Part shown: piece after piece, positions 25,601-38,060 of the stretch
Position numbering within the stretch: the first letter of the stretch is position 1
Layout of the letters: every line of letters begins with the position of its first letter
Source of the DNA: Gordius albopunctatus
Lineage: Eukaryota
NCBI GenBank assembly: GCA_964276515.1
Contig: OZ193909.1
Location: 5,332,001-5,396,000 of the forward strand
Length of the DNA: 64,000 bases
Direction of reading: 5' to 3'
Notes under the pieces: generated by a model
Databases searched by the model: none
What the model was told of the DNA's origin: nothing
What the model saw: the letters and a program-made list of their open reading frames with translations, nothing else
Position numbers and translations under genes: made by a program

Positions 25601-28600
25601 TTCAATATTTTATTTTTTTGTTTAACCCCTATATTTAATTTTATTCGCGTTTACGTGAACCCCTTCCCCTTATTAAAATTCTTCCCTCCTTGGACGGAGT
25701 ACATTAGAGTAAATACCGCCTACGCGATGTTTACGAAATTTTTTAGCTTTAGATGCGACTCAAGGTAAACGAAAGAGTGAAGTCCTAAGTTTTGGGGAGT
25801 TTTATATTGATAGCAGCGACATTAAGAGTTGCGAATTAAAATGAAAGGTGATTACTGGTATAAATTAAGTTGATAAAGGAGCAACTGAACATTAATATGA
25901 CAGATAGCTGTAAAAGAAAATATTAGCCATCGTTTAGCTTCCCTTTATTTGAGTGAAATTAAGGTGTGCTCCAACCCAAGGGTAGAAGCTAGCTCCGTCA
26001 CTGGTAAAATGGTAATGGTATCTTAATTTTGGGCAACATTTTTCCAAAATAAATGCTCTTTTGAAAGGTTTTAATTGGAAAGCGGCAATTGGGAAAAATA
26101 TTTTACCTTTTTGTTGTTATCTTTTGCTCTTTGTTTTTAGGCGATAATTCATTTTAGCGGAATGTAGCACTCGCACTTCGGCTAATATTGAATAACAGCT
26201 CAATCAATTCGATAGACTTTAAAAATAATTTTAGATTTGGGCATTGAAGAATTGCATAAATTGAATTTCAGAGGGAGAGAACCTGATAATAGCAGCTTTG
26301 GTTACATGAAATGGTTTTAATTGCTATGCAATTATGGTTTTAAATCATCTTAATTAATATAAGGCGTCAAACAAAACGCAAACGCGGATTGTAGATCATA
26401 GATTTATGTAATATTCATTTTATCAAAACGTATATCTCTAGGTACGGTGTTTCCTGCCACGCAGCCCGTTGTAAATACGCTCATCCCTGTGGCGATTCGC
26501 ATAGCGTCGAACTAGTTGCCCGACCCAAACAGGAGTCAGGAGCCAGCCCAGCTCCAAGACGCACTTGGTTAGCTCCTACGCTCCGCATCGAAACATTTCC
26601 GAGCGGCCTTTCAATTGAAGAACCCGACCTCGAGGATGAAATTATCGACGTAATTGTTTCATCTCATTTCGCCTAATTCATTACATCTCAACTCAATATA
26701 ATGTCGAATTTTCAATCCGTTTATATGAATGTCATTGTATAAAATCGGTGTGTTTGGATGGATAACGTAGTTATAGGGAAATGGAACGCGATATTTCGGG
26801 CAATTATGGCCCATCTTCAGGGGGAAAAATTAAGCCCAATTAGGCTACAAATTATGATGGAAAAGGGATTTAAAAAAATTGAAATTGATGATAATCGAGT
26901 AAATTCAAAGTCATGTGGATGAATTTAATTAATTTCCTAAGATCTCCGGTTCCTGATTTTATAACATAGATGTTAGAAATTCACTTCTGACTATGTTTTT
27001 CCGCTTTCTTATGTTTAGTTTCGCCTACAATTAGCCTAAATCGAACTCGATAACAACAAAACTTAAAAATTTAAAATAGCTCGAAAGTAACTATGTAGTT
27101 GTAAATTTATCTGTTTTGGGGCCAACTAAAGGGAACACTTTTTCAAATTTTTTGTGTCCAGTTTTTTAAGATGCCCTAGTTACTGTCTTTATTACTCTTA
27201 AATAAGCTAAGCCATCTAACATGCTTTCAAGCTGTTTACCTGTATTCTATCATATTTCGGTGTTATGTTTCCCCAATAAATGCCTTCATAATCTTTAAAA
27301 AATTCGCAGAAATTTTAAAACTATCGCACTAAACCCCCGTCTTAATACACGATTCAACTTCAAAGCACCGTGTTTTTTTGCCCAAATATGCGGTTTATAT
27401 GTCGGGGAATCAAACATTTTATATGTGAATATGCATTAGGAAGCGTATTTAAAGGATCATATTTGTTTTATGAACAAAAACACAGCAAAAATTCAGAATG
27501 GCGTGACGCTCCTATATTAATACCAGGCCATGTTTTAACATGCATTTGCTTTTTTAATCTAGATTCAAAATGGTCGCGTTTTAAGACACACCCTAAAACA
27601 TTAACCATATAAGTTTCGTATCCTATCCACAACAATTTCACAAATTGTGAAAGCGTTTCATGTTTTTCTTAGCCTTGAAAATATCGTCCTTTCAAAGCTA
27701 TGAAAAACTAGTGTCCAACGATTTTTGGTCTATATTTTTCAGTCGACCACTGGCTTTGGCGAATTTCGAAAAATAGACCAGAGTAGGCCGTTAGTATTGA
27801 CAAAACCCAGCCGTTTTTACAAAACACTAATGCAAAAATGGTGAATATTCTTTTTTTTATTATCATCGCCCGCCCTAGCCGAGAGATGTTGCCTCCGTGT
27901 TCGATTTGACGGCCATCGTGGTATGTGTCCGAGATCACAAGGGTGCTAACCTCGTCGATTACATTCGCTTACTCGAACCTAACACTTACCCGCCCCGTTT
28001 TCTGTGGTATTTATTCAACGATTTTTGCGTTTTCAAAGTGACCACGCCCGGCGAAGCCATGGATTTCGCCACCAATTGGAAAACGCCTTGCATCCTCTAC
28101 TACGTACGCAGGGGAGCCCAGGTCACGGACCCGGGTACTAAGCTTCGCGAGCTTATCTTGCTCGTTATTTATGAAAAATCTGATAGGGATTATCATTATA
28201 ATAAGCGTGATGATTAGGAAATTTTTGAAAACATTTATAGTTGGTTCTTGTTGGTTAATATATAACTACGTTTTTGAATTTTTTGGTGGCCATAAATGTT
28301 GATTTACCACCAAATGTCGCCATAAATTGAATATGTATGGGAGATTATATGGGCATAAAGTTTGATTGCTTTAAACTTGGAGTTTTAGATCAGGGTTAAA
28401 TTAAATTTACTAAAAACATACCAGTATGGGCGTAGCCAGGGGTAGGCAAGGGGGGAGGGGCAGCTGCCCTCCTCTAAATCCAAAAATTCTTTAAAATTAT
28501 GGCTTAAATTTCAAAAAATTATCATTTTGCCCCTCTCTAAATCATTATAGCCCCCCCCCAACTCTAATTCCGATGCTGACTACGTCCATGTATACCATTA

Positions 28601-31600
28601 AGGAGTGTTTGAGATGACATTAAGATCCTTGTTTCTAGCTTGTTTTAGCCCTCACTCAAGTGTCGTGACGAATATCAATATCTCAAATAAACTTTAAAAT
28701 GTTCAATCTATTGCATAAGAAAGTTGGTTTAATTAATGGTTTCGTCGGATTGAATGGGCCCATACGGCCCGAAACATTGGAACCCATCTGTCAAGACCAT
28801 CAATAAAGCCAACTTTCTTATCAAAAACTTGGGGCAGACCTTGTACCATAATACGAATTTTAGGATCTAAACATAGGTGAAGAATTTAGATTTGCCGTAA
28901 TAAAATTCAAGTTATGATTTTAAATTTTAAATCTTATTTATAGGTGTTTCCACTTCTACCGTACTACCGCCACCCATGTGTACTGTAGGCAAAAAATACT
29001 TGAGCGCTCCATGTGTCACTAAAATGGGTTCCGACCCAACCCTCACGATCCGACGGTCTGGGTCTTCAGACCCGACCCTCGACCCGGACCCGTTGGGGAG
29101 CGTCAAAAAAGGGAGTAGCAGCGATCTGTGGTTACCGCCCAAAGACATCACCGAATCATCATCACTCGAAGGGGAGTTAGCGGCGTCAACAACAGATAAA
29201 GACTACCGAAAGTCTGCCGTAGTTCTGCTCGATTTTGCACGGGAAAACTTAGACCCAGCCTCCTTTCTCATTTCCCTGGACGCCGAGTTTGTGGTACTCA
29301 ATCAGGTTCGTCTCATTATAATTTTCGCGATTTTAGACTTTATTCAATGCCTATGAAATTCCGCGAGATAATAATACCGTTGGATTAATGAAATTATTAG
29401 GGGAAAGAAGTAAATTTGATATTTTGGGCGACAGGGGCCAATTATATGGAACTATATAAAATAGTAATTAATTTAATTACGGCAAAAATAAATTAAAAGG
29501 AGTATAAGTAGACACTACTGCTTCACAAGTTTTGTTTTTAACTATTAACCCATCTGTCTATTACCCATAGAATCCCTTTACTTTAATTTGTCGTAAAATT
29601 CATCTTTCTTCCTTGAAGATGGATCCCTATGGTATGACAAATATCTTTTTCACCTACTCATACCTTCGATACATCCCTATCATTTGAAGATAAAAATCAC
29701 ATATTAAGAATTTTTAATCAATGAATTTCGAAGGATTTTATTAAGAGTATTTTTAAGTAGATTTTTGTTTGACACCTAACACATTGAAAACTCGGGTTTT
29801 GAAAATGTGTTGCTTATTATATGTATATTAGCAAGAAGCGCACCTCCACAGCGACGGGACTCATACCATGGTTAAACCGAGCCAAATGGCTTTGGCCAGA
29901 ATATCTTGTGTCAGGGGTTATTTGTCCTTGCCTGGTGACGAGACCGAACTTAAAAAAGTGCAAAGTGTGCGAGAAGGGGTTCCCTTCCTGGATGAATACA
30001 TATGTGTGCCAGGAAATCAGGTACAACACTACAAGGGATGCTTCTAAGAATTTGTAACAAATTTCTCTTTGTTAATCTAAGTTTGGGAACGGTATCCAAA
30101 CATAATTTTGTTCGTTTTAATGGATTCTTAATTTTAATGCCATTTTGCCTAACCGCTTAATTGGTTCTATATGAATAACATAGACTGCTTGACACATGAA
30201 TTTGGCGAGGAAACGTTTATTACGGTATACTTTTTATTAAGATCACTAGCGGTGGTGTTTAACTTTTCGTGGTTCCCCTTAAATTCCGTTATCAATGTTT
30301 TCGTCTTTCGTGAATAAATCATAAAGCGAACCTCATACATTTAGCCACTTGTACAATAAACCCACACTTTCGTCTTTTACACCTTAGAAGCCGTAATTTG
30401 TATAATTGTTAGTTTATCAAAAATAACAATTTAACTCTATTTAAAACCTCCTCTCTATGAAATGATTTCTTCGACAACAGATTTCAGACTGCATTCTCTA
30501 AAGATGGGCAAGGAGTTAATCAAGTTTATGGGCATATCTTAACATCCCTCCATCCATTTTTACAATGATCGATTTACCAGCTCCTTAAAAATATTACTTT
30601 ATTTTCATCGCAATTAATTACGTAATTATTATTTTATTATCCGAGGTGGTGGATTACGTGACTAAGTACAGCGGTATCAAGCACGGGGATTTAGATGCCC
30701 ACACCTCGTCCAAAAATCCGGTCGGTCTCAAACGGGTTTACCTTCAGCTACGTTATTTGGTTGATTCGGGTTTCACTTTTGTCGGCCACAACATTCGCAA
30801 AGATTTCCAAATTATAAATATAACGGTACCCATTTCGATTTTCTATCATAAAAGTATTAATTTCAAGCATTACCCCGCATTGTTATTTTTTCTGTCTATA
30901 ATATCACAACTTTGTGATGATTAGCTAGGGTTTCAAGGTAAGAAAAATCTTGATTGTGAAAGCCTTTGTAGAAAATATAGACTTTAATAGAAATGTGAAC
31001 CCCCTAAGTTTTTCAAAATGTCACCTTGTTTCAAACTATTATGTAAAACGTTAAACTCTTAATCTTCAATGTAATTCACTGTTTTAAGATAGGTTTGTGT
31101 GCTTCACATCTGATTTATATCATAGGTGCCGTCAAGTCAAATAGTAGATACAGCGATTCTGTTTAGTCTGCCAAAAAAGCGGACCATTTCCCTAAAATTC
31201 TTGGTTTGGTATTATTTTAGTAAGTATATTTAAAATGACGTTAACAGGCATTTCATAGCCACTTTATTTAATAAACGAAAAATTCAATGTTTTAAATATC
31301 AAATGCCATTATTTCAAAGCCTATTTATAAGCTAAGGAGTTTTAACAACAATGGCCGTTTAATCGCCATTTTAATTACGATAACTCAAATTATTATTATT
31401 GAAGCACAAGGAAATTATATTTTAGCTGTTAAGAATTTAAACCTTAAATAAGCTTGCGACGGTAAAAGTTCATAAATAGTTCAGGAATCGCACCTGTTTG
31501 CTAAAAGGCATCGGATTACTATTATAAAGTGTTTTCCTTTAAGATCGTCCATATTCCTTTTAAAATATTTGAGTAACTGGCCCTCTCCAGGTTGCCACGA

Positions 31601-32852
31601 CCTGCTCACCGAGGTCCACTCACGAATGTATTGTTAAGTCTAACAGTGCCCTGCAGTTGTTGTGGTTTATTAATATGGTTTTTGCAGTAAAACATTCATC
31701 CATTTTGTGCTAAAAATGAAATAACTTCCCTATAGCTGTTAGTCACATTGGTGGTCAGCCTCTATAGATATTGGATGAGGGGTGAATCCAGGCCTGACAG
31801 CCAGCCGTGTTGACTATGTGATACATTTTAAATCTTTTTAAAAAAAAGGCCGTTAGCGGGATTTGAATAGCAAGCTCTCGTTTCCGAGACAATATCTATA
31901 CCATTCCCCGTGCTTTTTCTATTATTTGCTAAAAATATCCCGTATTCTTTGTTGAGAGTTAAGGGAATGCGTTTAAAACGTATGGCGAGACCAATAATTA
32001 TTTATACCACACTTATGAGAGTTTATCCTTAGTCACCATAAAAGTGGACTCAATCTACTCTGATATACATATCGGAGACCAGATTTTCCCGGCCCGTGGT
32101 CGTAAATTTTGACTTTCGGGCGGGCACTATAAAAAGATTAGGGCTCAATTTTCTTTTTAAAATAATGTATTATATTGTTTTTGTGTATATTTTGCCACTT
32201 TTTAATTGATTTCATAATGTTTGTTAATCCTAGTTATCATTTTTAAAAAAAATTAAGATAAAATTTTAAAAAAATATAACGATATTAGTGCTAAAAATTC
32301 TAAAACACACCATTTCGGGTCGGGCAGATGGGATAATTCGGGAATTGCCGGGCCGACACATAGAAGGGTTCGGGCTGGCAGAAAAACTCTAACAAATCTT
32401 ACCTATCTCGATTAATATGTGACTAGAAAATTAATGATGGCATACAGATGAACTCCAATAAGAGCGCGATCGTTATATGTCCCTTATTTTTTGTGACTCT
32501 CACGGGAAAAAAAGGGATAAATTTAGCCAAATTAGTCCCTAATTTAAAAATTGCACTAGATGGTACATAAATTAGAGTTATTATTTGATTTGCGATAGTA
32601 AATCTTCTCCCTTCTTCATAATACTTGGGTTAGTTTCTTTTTCAGCGCTTGGTGCAGCACATATGCTTTATTACAGGACAAATCATTCAACAAGATACGC
32701 ACGATTCGGTTGAAGACGCGATATGCGCCCTCAGGTTGTACAAACTCTACCTTCAGTTGACGGCCAAGTTGAGCAAAGATAAATTTACGCAAAATCTCAA
32801 AGATTTATACCAAAAAGGGCATTCCTTGAGCTGGGAAGTTCCGAGAAATTAA
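10642..32852 (+). CDS. PAN2: PAN2 poly(A)-specific ribonuclease catalytic subunit (WD40 + inactive UCH/USP + DEDDh exonuclease), 24 coding exons, 4110 nt / 1369 aa
   Basis: Manually spliced GT-AG exons, all phase-consistent: 10642-10791, 10908-11077, 11198-11324, 11637-11717, 12346-12464, 15294-15438, 16025-16166, 16920-17017, 18006-18154, 19291-19428, 19930-20227, 20884-21003, 21474-21605, 21861-22123, 23384-23532, 24161-24297, 25058-25284, 26442-26649, 27879-28134, 28944-29305, 29832-30020, 30646-30825, 31126-31219, 32677-32852. Recognisable PAN2 motifs: FDPYEELLWVG-GHVTSYF, GSLSDFD, FVGYAPNP, HLCEKEYCLSCELAFLFHM, WYLFNDF..WKTPCILYY, SLDAEFV, VVDYVTKYSGI..GDLD, FVGH..KDF, THDSVEDA. Confidence 0.96.
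12877..14297 (-). mobile_element. Internally deleted hAT transposon with transposase C-terminal dimerisation remnant (in PAN2 intron 5)
   Basis: Imperfect TIRs CAGAGATCAGATTTG / CATTTCTGGTCCCTG, ccctgtt on both flanks, and GCCCG-rich subterminal repeats. Minus strand at about 13285-13425 encodes YPKLARF-ILFAIPATSAASERSFSIAGRLIEERRTRLSPE, the hAT dimerisation motif. Confidence 0.88.
13757..13924. mobile_element. hAT-type MITE (CATGGGCGTAG TIR) nested in the larger hAT element
   Basis: TIRs CATGGGCGTAG / CTACGCCCATG with a perfect 8-bp TSD gcagttta. Confidence 0.88.
15112..15272 (+). mobile_element. Short non-autonomous Helitron ending 21 bp before the PAN2 exon 6 acceptor
   Basis: A|TCTATTATA start and ATGGCAAAACAACGTTTTACGGGTCCATCTAG|T end; the same 3' motif occurs at 45009-45038 and 54666-54692. 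Confidence 0.65.
18174..18375. mobile_element. hAT-type MITE (TAGAGTTGTTA TIR)
   Basis: About 35-bp TIRs with TSD accgtgtc/accgtgtg. An inverted homolog lies at 10337-10539, and a related end near 56560-56581. Confidence 0.85.
22128..22799. mobile_element. PIF/Harbinger-like (Tourist-type) MITE containing a second copy of its own family (22432-22751)
   Basis: TIR GGGCTTGTCTTAATATCG. The outer copy is flanked by TAA/TAA and the inner copy by TTA/TTA. Confidence 0.88.
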
Positions 32853-35800
32853 TCCTTGAAAATGTTTTAACTAAATCGTCATCTTAATTATAGTATTATA
32901 TTTGCACCGAATTTTATATAGAGTCATAAATTATTTATAAGGTATTAATCGACTTTGAGTGTACTTGTTCTAATGCATATGGAATGTATAATGATATATC
33001 TAGACGATTGTAACTAAAAATATTTGTAACCTAGTTTTTAATACCACGACTAATAAATAAATTAATTCTTATTATATTTTTCGAAGCATTTATGTGGTTT
33101 TAATAATTTTAGGCTTAGCAAAACTATTCCTATTAACATAGGTGGATACAACTTTCAAACTTTTGCCGATTCATGATCCATTTACATAATAACAATTTAG
33201 ATCTTTATTTCTAATCAATATATTTTATTCGCTTTATGATTATTATATTTATTTTTGTGCTCATAGATGATAAGATATCTAACGAATTAGATACATGTTT
33301 AATAACGGGTTAATAAGTTTTGTTGACATTATTAGCAACAATTCATTAATTTATTTAGGATTATATATGCTAGAAGTATAATATCATATAATAGCAAACA
33401 CCTATATATATGGTTATAAAAGACGCTTTATTGATATATATATATCTGATTATAATAAAATTAGTTTGGAATACTACAATTTTGATGTAATAAAATCTTT
33501 AAAAAACGTTGAGAAAATTAAATTTTGCGATCAGTAAAAATACAAGGAAATATTTGAAGGAGGGGATTGATTACCTAACTCTTTAAGCGTAGAGCATTTT
33601 CCTATAGAGGCGGAATAGAAGAACTATAGGAGTAAAAATACTTGACTGTTAAAGGCCCTGTATATTTTAACTTGTTATTTTCAGCCAGCGTAATGGTATA
33701 ATAATTAAGATTTGTTAGCGGGGGGGGCAAGTTAATTCATGGCAATTCACATTAAAAAAAGACATTTTCCATGAATCGAGCGAGGAACCCTCAAGTCGCA
33801 CACGACGTTCGGGAAGAGTCTGATGGTTCGAATGTGTAAAGATTTGGGCCTATTAAAGGACTACTAATATGATATAAATCTATTGTTTGATTAATTTAGT
33901 ATTCAGGGAAAACATCATTAATTTTAAATTTAACCTAAAAAAATGTTAATTATATGAAAATCAATCCAACTCCTACCACCTGGCATGCAATGGTGCGCTT
34001 CATGCTCCTTTAAATTAAATTAAGCCTTTGATCAGCGAAAGACCCTTCTTAGTTGTTTCGAATTAATTAGAGTACATAGCGGGAAAGTAAGGTGCGTAAT
34101 TTAAAAACTGAATATAACCCATAGACTATCACGAAGTCATCTAAGAAGTCGGCATGTCATAAGTGAAGTGGAAATTCTTGAAATTAAGGTAAAATTCATA
34201 TATCCTAAAATATATGCTAAATTTCATCCAAAATGAGATTTTTAATCTTTTTTTTAAATAAATTAAAAACATAAATTAATTTTTAAAATTTTTTTTGATT
34301 ATCTTAAAGAAAATACTGTGCCATCTTTGTATTTATTTCAGGTAATTTTTAAATTTGAATTAAATCATCAGGATTAATAGATCTAACAAAATTTCCCTCA
34401 CATCAAGATTATAAAGGCAACAGTTATAGGAGATGCTGAGCTTAGTTCCTATTTTTATTTTGGCCTCTGTGACTAGTGCTTTAAAAGATTAATTGCAGTA
34501 GACAAATAGCTCCTTGAAATGAATGTTGAAAAGGAGATGTTGCAAGTACTCAGATTTTACTATGTTTTAATGTATTAAATAATGTAATAAATTTTACAAT
34601 CTATGCATATATTTTATAAAATAAAACTAATGACTCATTTTATTTTAATCTAAGTGATTTTAAATATTTTATATTTGATTTTTTACATTTTGCAGTTTGC
34701 TTCTTGTTTGTTTATGGATTTTCTTTTCAATTAGTCCAATCTTAAAAATATTTAATCCACTACAATGGAATAATACTTATAAAATTTGGCAAGACCAAAA
34801 ATAAAAATGTGTCTACTTTTAATATTAATATTTGTCAAATAAGTCATGGTTGTGATATAAAAACCAGATAAAAATAAGTAAGAATTTTAAAAATCAAACA
34901 TAAAAAATTCAAAGAGTGGGGGGGTGCTTGTTCTCCCTGTCTACCCTATTCACCCCCTTGTGCTTTTGAAAACTAATGCAATTTATTTAAAAATTTAGGC
35001 CAAAAAATATTTATAATTGCTGGCTCCAAAGAAAATTTAGAGGAGAAAGCATTTGAAACTTTTCATTATTTAATTGTCAACCCTTTTTATCTTTAGACTA
35101 TTTATTAATCCATTTAAAAAACAAATGTGGGCTAGTGTCCAGTCCACTAATGCTGTAAAGATTTTCAAAAATAATGAAACAATTATGATATTTTAAAAAA
35201 TAAAAATAAACTTTTTCCTAAAAGCATTTTTTTTATAATAGAAATTAAGGTTTTTCATTCATTCATTGGATCTAACATTTTTTCATCTTTAATTAATCAT
35301 ATTGTTGATCAGGAAGTAGGCTCTCTAAATCATTTACAATTATTAGTTAAATTAATAGTTAATACATTACATATAGCAAAATTTTACTTCAGAATTTTTG
35401 CAATATTTCAAACCTAGATTTTAAAACTAACATTGGGCAAAAATTTAATAAAACTATTATTTTTACGGGAAAGTAAATTTTTTATTGACAATTAGTTAAT
35501 TTATTAATATATTTTTACTTCTTAAATATTGTATGATGCCCTTTATTGTTTAATGTAAAATTTTAACTTCGAATATATTATAATTTTTGTAAATAAAATA
35601 TATTATAGATGGCGCTATATCTATATTTCTCTTTATTATTCTAAATCGTGAAATATTCATTTTTTCTTTAAGATTATTCAAATTCAAAAAGAATGGTGTT
35701 TTCTCTTTCCTTAATTATATTTTTTCTTTACTAAATGATTTTTATGATTTAGTAACTTAATTTATAAATTTAAAAAATATGTAATAAAATAGAACGAAAT

Positions 35801-36491
35801 AAATAATACGATTGCCGTCCTTTGACTCAAAAAACCCCCAGCCTTACCGACAGCTTGTATATGGTCAGGCGGGCACCTCAAGAGTATTCTGACTTAATAT
35901 TATTTTCTTTAATTTTTATTTACTTTATTTTGGCGTAATATTTGTTTTGGCTTTGATATTTAAGGGGAAAAATATAGAGAATTTATTTAATCGCTATTTG
36001 TGAATTTACAGTAAAAACTAAGTTTAAGCTAGAAGTGCTAAATGAATTTTATCTAAATGGCGTAAAAGGATTATCTTTCTAGAAGATTCGAAATCTTAAA
36101 TAAGTTTAAATTACAAATTATTTTATTGAAATTAAATTAATAATTACCTTTTGTGAATTTAAAATGATGCGCGCTGTATTAATTGTTAATGATTAAGTTT
36201 GTAGATGGTGTATTGGAAATTAAGAAATGAGTATTTAAAAATTTACAAAGTCATCCTCTCTATACGATTTATCCGTTTCCCTCAGAAAACCCATTAAATT
36301 CCAAGGTTGAGGAATTAAAGTAAGATTAAGTTATTGGGGGAAGGGGGTACTCGAGAGTTTTTTCGATCTATTTTTATTTCAGTGTAGCTATTGGGGAAAG
36401 CGGGTTCTCGAGAGTATGTTTTTGAGGGGCATTAATTAGGGTTAATAAATAACCTATCAAAATTAATTTAGCGATAACAAATATTATTTTT

Positions 36492-36943
36492 TTAATTTGA
36501 AAAGGTGACTAAAATTGAGAAATATGTATTTATTAAATTACTAATAAATAAAAAATAGGTAAAATAGCTGATATAAGATGGTACTCGGAGTATGATATTT
36601 GCTTGAGCAGCGAGAAAGGTGTCATTCCAAATAGTTAAAGATTTTTTAAAGGGAACTTCCCATTTGGCGTTAAAGTAAAAAATGTTTAGTAATAGCATTC
36701 TGTTTAAACTATTAGGTACGGGTGCAGATAAAACACGGTTCATTAAGCTGTTTGGTCAAGAACCCATGTATTTATGATATTTCTAGCTGTCTCTACATTT
36801 TCCTCTTCGAAATTGAGGGATTCAGTTTGTGCAGCATAATACTTCTCTAAATCTTTAACGAATTTTGGGTGAACCTCAAATTTTTTGTCTAAAAACATTT
36901 TGGTGATCCAAGCAATTGTAGTAGATGCTTCGTAATCTTTCAA
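36492..36943 (-). pseudogene. Serpin (serine protease inhibitor) fragment with frameshift/stop
   Basis: Two ORFs overlapping by 1 nt at 36743 give KFEVHPKFVKDLEKYYAAQTESLNF..ARNIINTWV..T / MLLLNIFYFNAKWEVPF, matching serpin helix E-F and strand s3A (LLNAIYFKGKW..PF). The reading is broken at TAATG, and a repeat insertion begins just upstream at about 36960. Confidence 0.8.
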
Positions 36944-36959
36944 ATCCTTACATCTCTGG

Positions 36960-38060
36960 GGGGGGGGTGTCGACGTTTCAGATCATTACAACGATCTATA
37001 AATACATACGAGTCAAAAAAAAGAAAATTGGCCAATGGTCATTTTTTTCCATTGGTCACCCAGAGATGGTCTATAATAAATACATACGAGTCAAAAAAAA
37101 ATTTCGATTCACATTATGGCCAATGGTCATTTCTTTCCATTGGTCAGTACCAACAGATACTCTATAAGTCAATGATAGCCAAAAAAATGGAAAAAAATTT
37201 TTGATGTTCACTTTGGCCAATGGTCATTTTTTCCATTGGTCAGCAGCCAGCGGACGGCCAAAAAGTCATATTATGAATGGTAATAACAGGAACAATCATA
37301 AGAGTCAAAAAAAATGAAAAAAATTTCGATTCACAATTTGGCCAAAGGTCATTTTTCCCATTGGTCAGCAGCCAGCGGACGGCCAAAAAGTCATAATAGC
37401 AATGGTAGTAACAGGAACAATCATAAAAATTGCATAGCAATTAATATTATATATATATACCAATTCAAAAATGAAAAAAAATTTCGAACAAAATTTGGCC
37501 AATGGTCATTTTTTCAATGGTCAGTAGCCAGAACACGGTCAAAAAGTCATATGATCAATGGTATTAACAAGAACAATATATTAATTTAATTTTAAAAAAA
37601 ATATAAAATTTTGTCCTCTCCGGGTCTCGAACCAGCAATTTAGAACGTTCGCCGGGATTCAAACCCGCTTTAAATAGAGGCATAAGCCTTTGGAGGGGAA
37701 CAGGGAACCATATTAATAGAGGCATAGGCCCTTGTAGGGGAGGGCATAGGGTAATTATCAATGTTAAACTATTCAAAAACGAAAAATTAAAAATTTCGAT
37801 TTATTTGACCAGTGGTCATTTTTTTCATTGGTCAGTAGCCTGCGGACGGTCAAAAAGTCATATTATCAATGGTATTAACAAGAACAAAATATTAATTTAA
37901 TTAAAAGCATAAATTGCATAGCAATTAAAAAAATAAAAATTTTGTCCTCTCCGGGTCTCGACCCCCAACCTGCAAGTCGGGAAGCTGGTGTAAATAACTT
38001 GGTGGACGACGGACGGACAACGGACAACAAAAAACGAGCCCATAAATTGCATAGTAATTA
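36960..38060. repeat. Composite repeat insertion with about 6 degenerate units (core TGGCCAATGGTCATTTTT.CCATTGGTCA), probably TE-derived
   Basis: Core seen near 37029, 37117, 37214, 37339, 37496 and 37806; duplicated block TTTTGTCCTCTCCGGGTCTCGA; GGAC repeats near 38005. Confidence 0.75.

Noticed and set aside
29821..30057. Listed ORF MYISKKR.. as a separate gene
   Set aside because: It is an off-frame reading of PAN2 exon 21 (true frame QEAHLHSDGT..).
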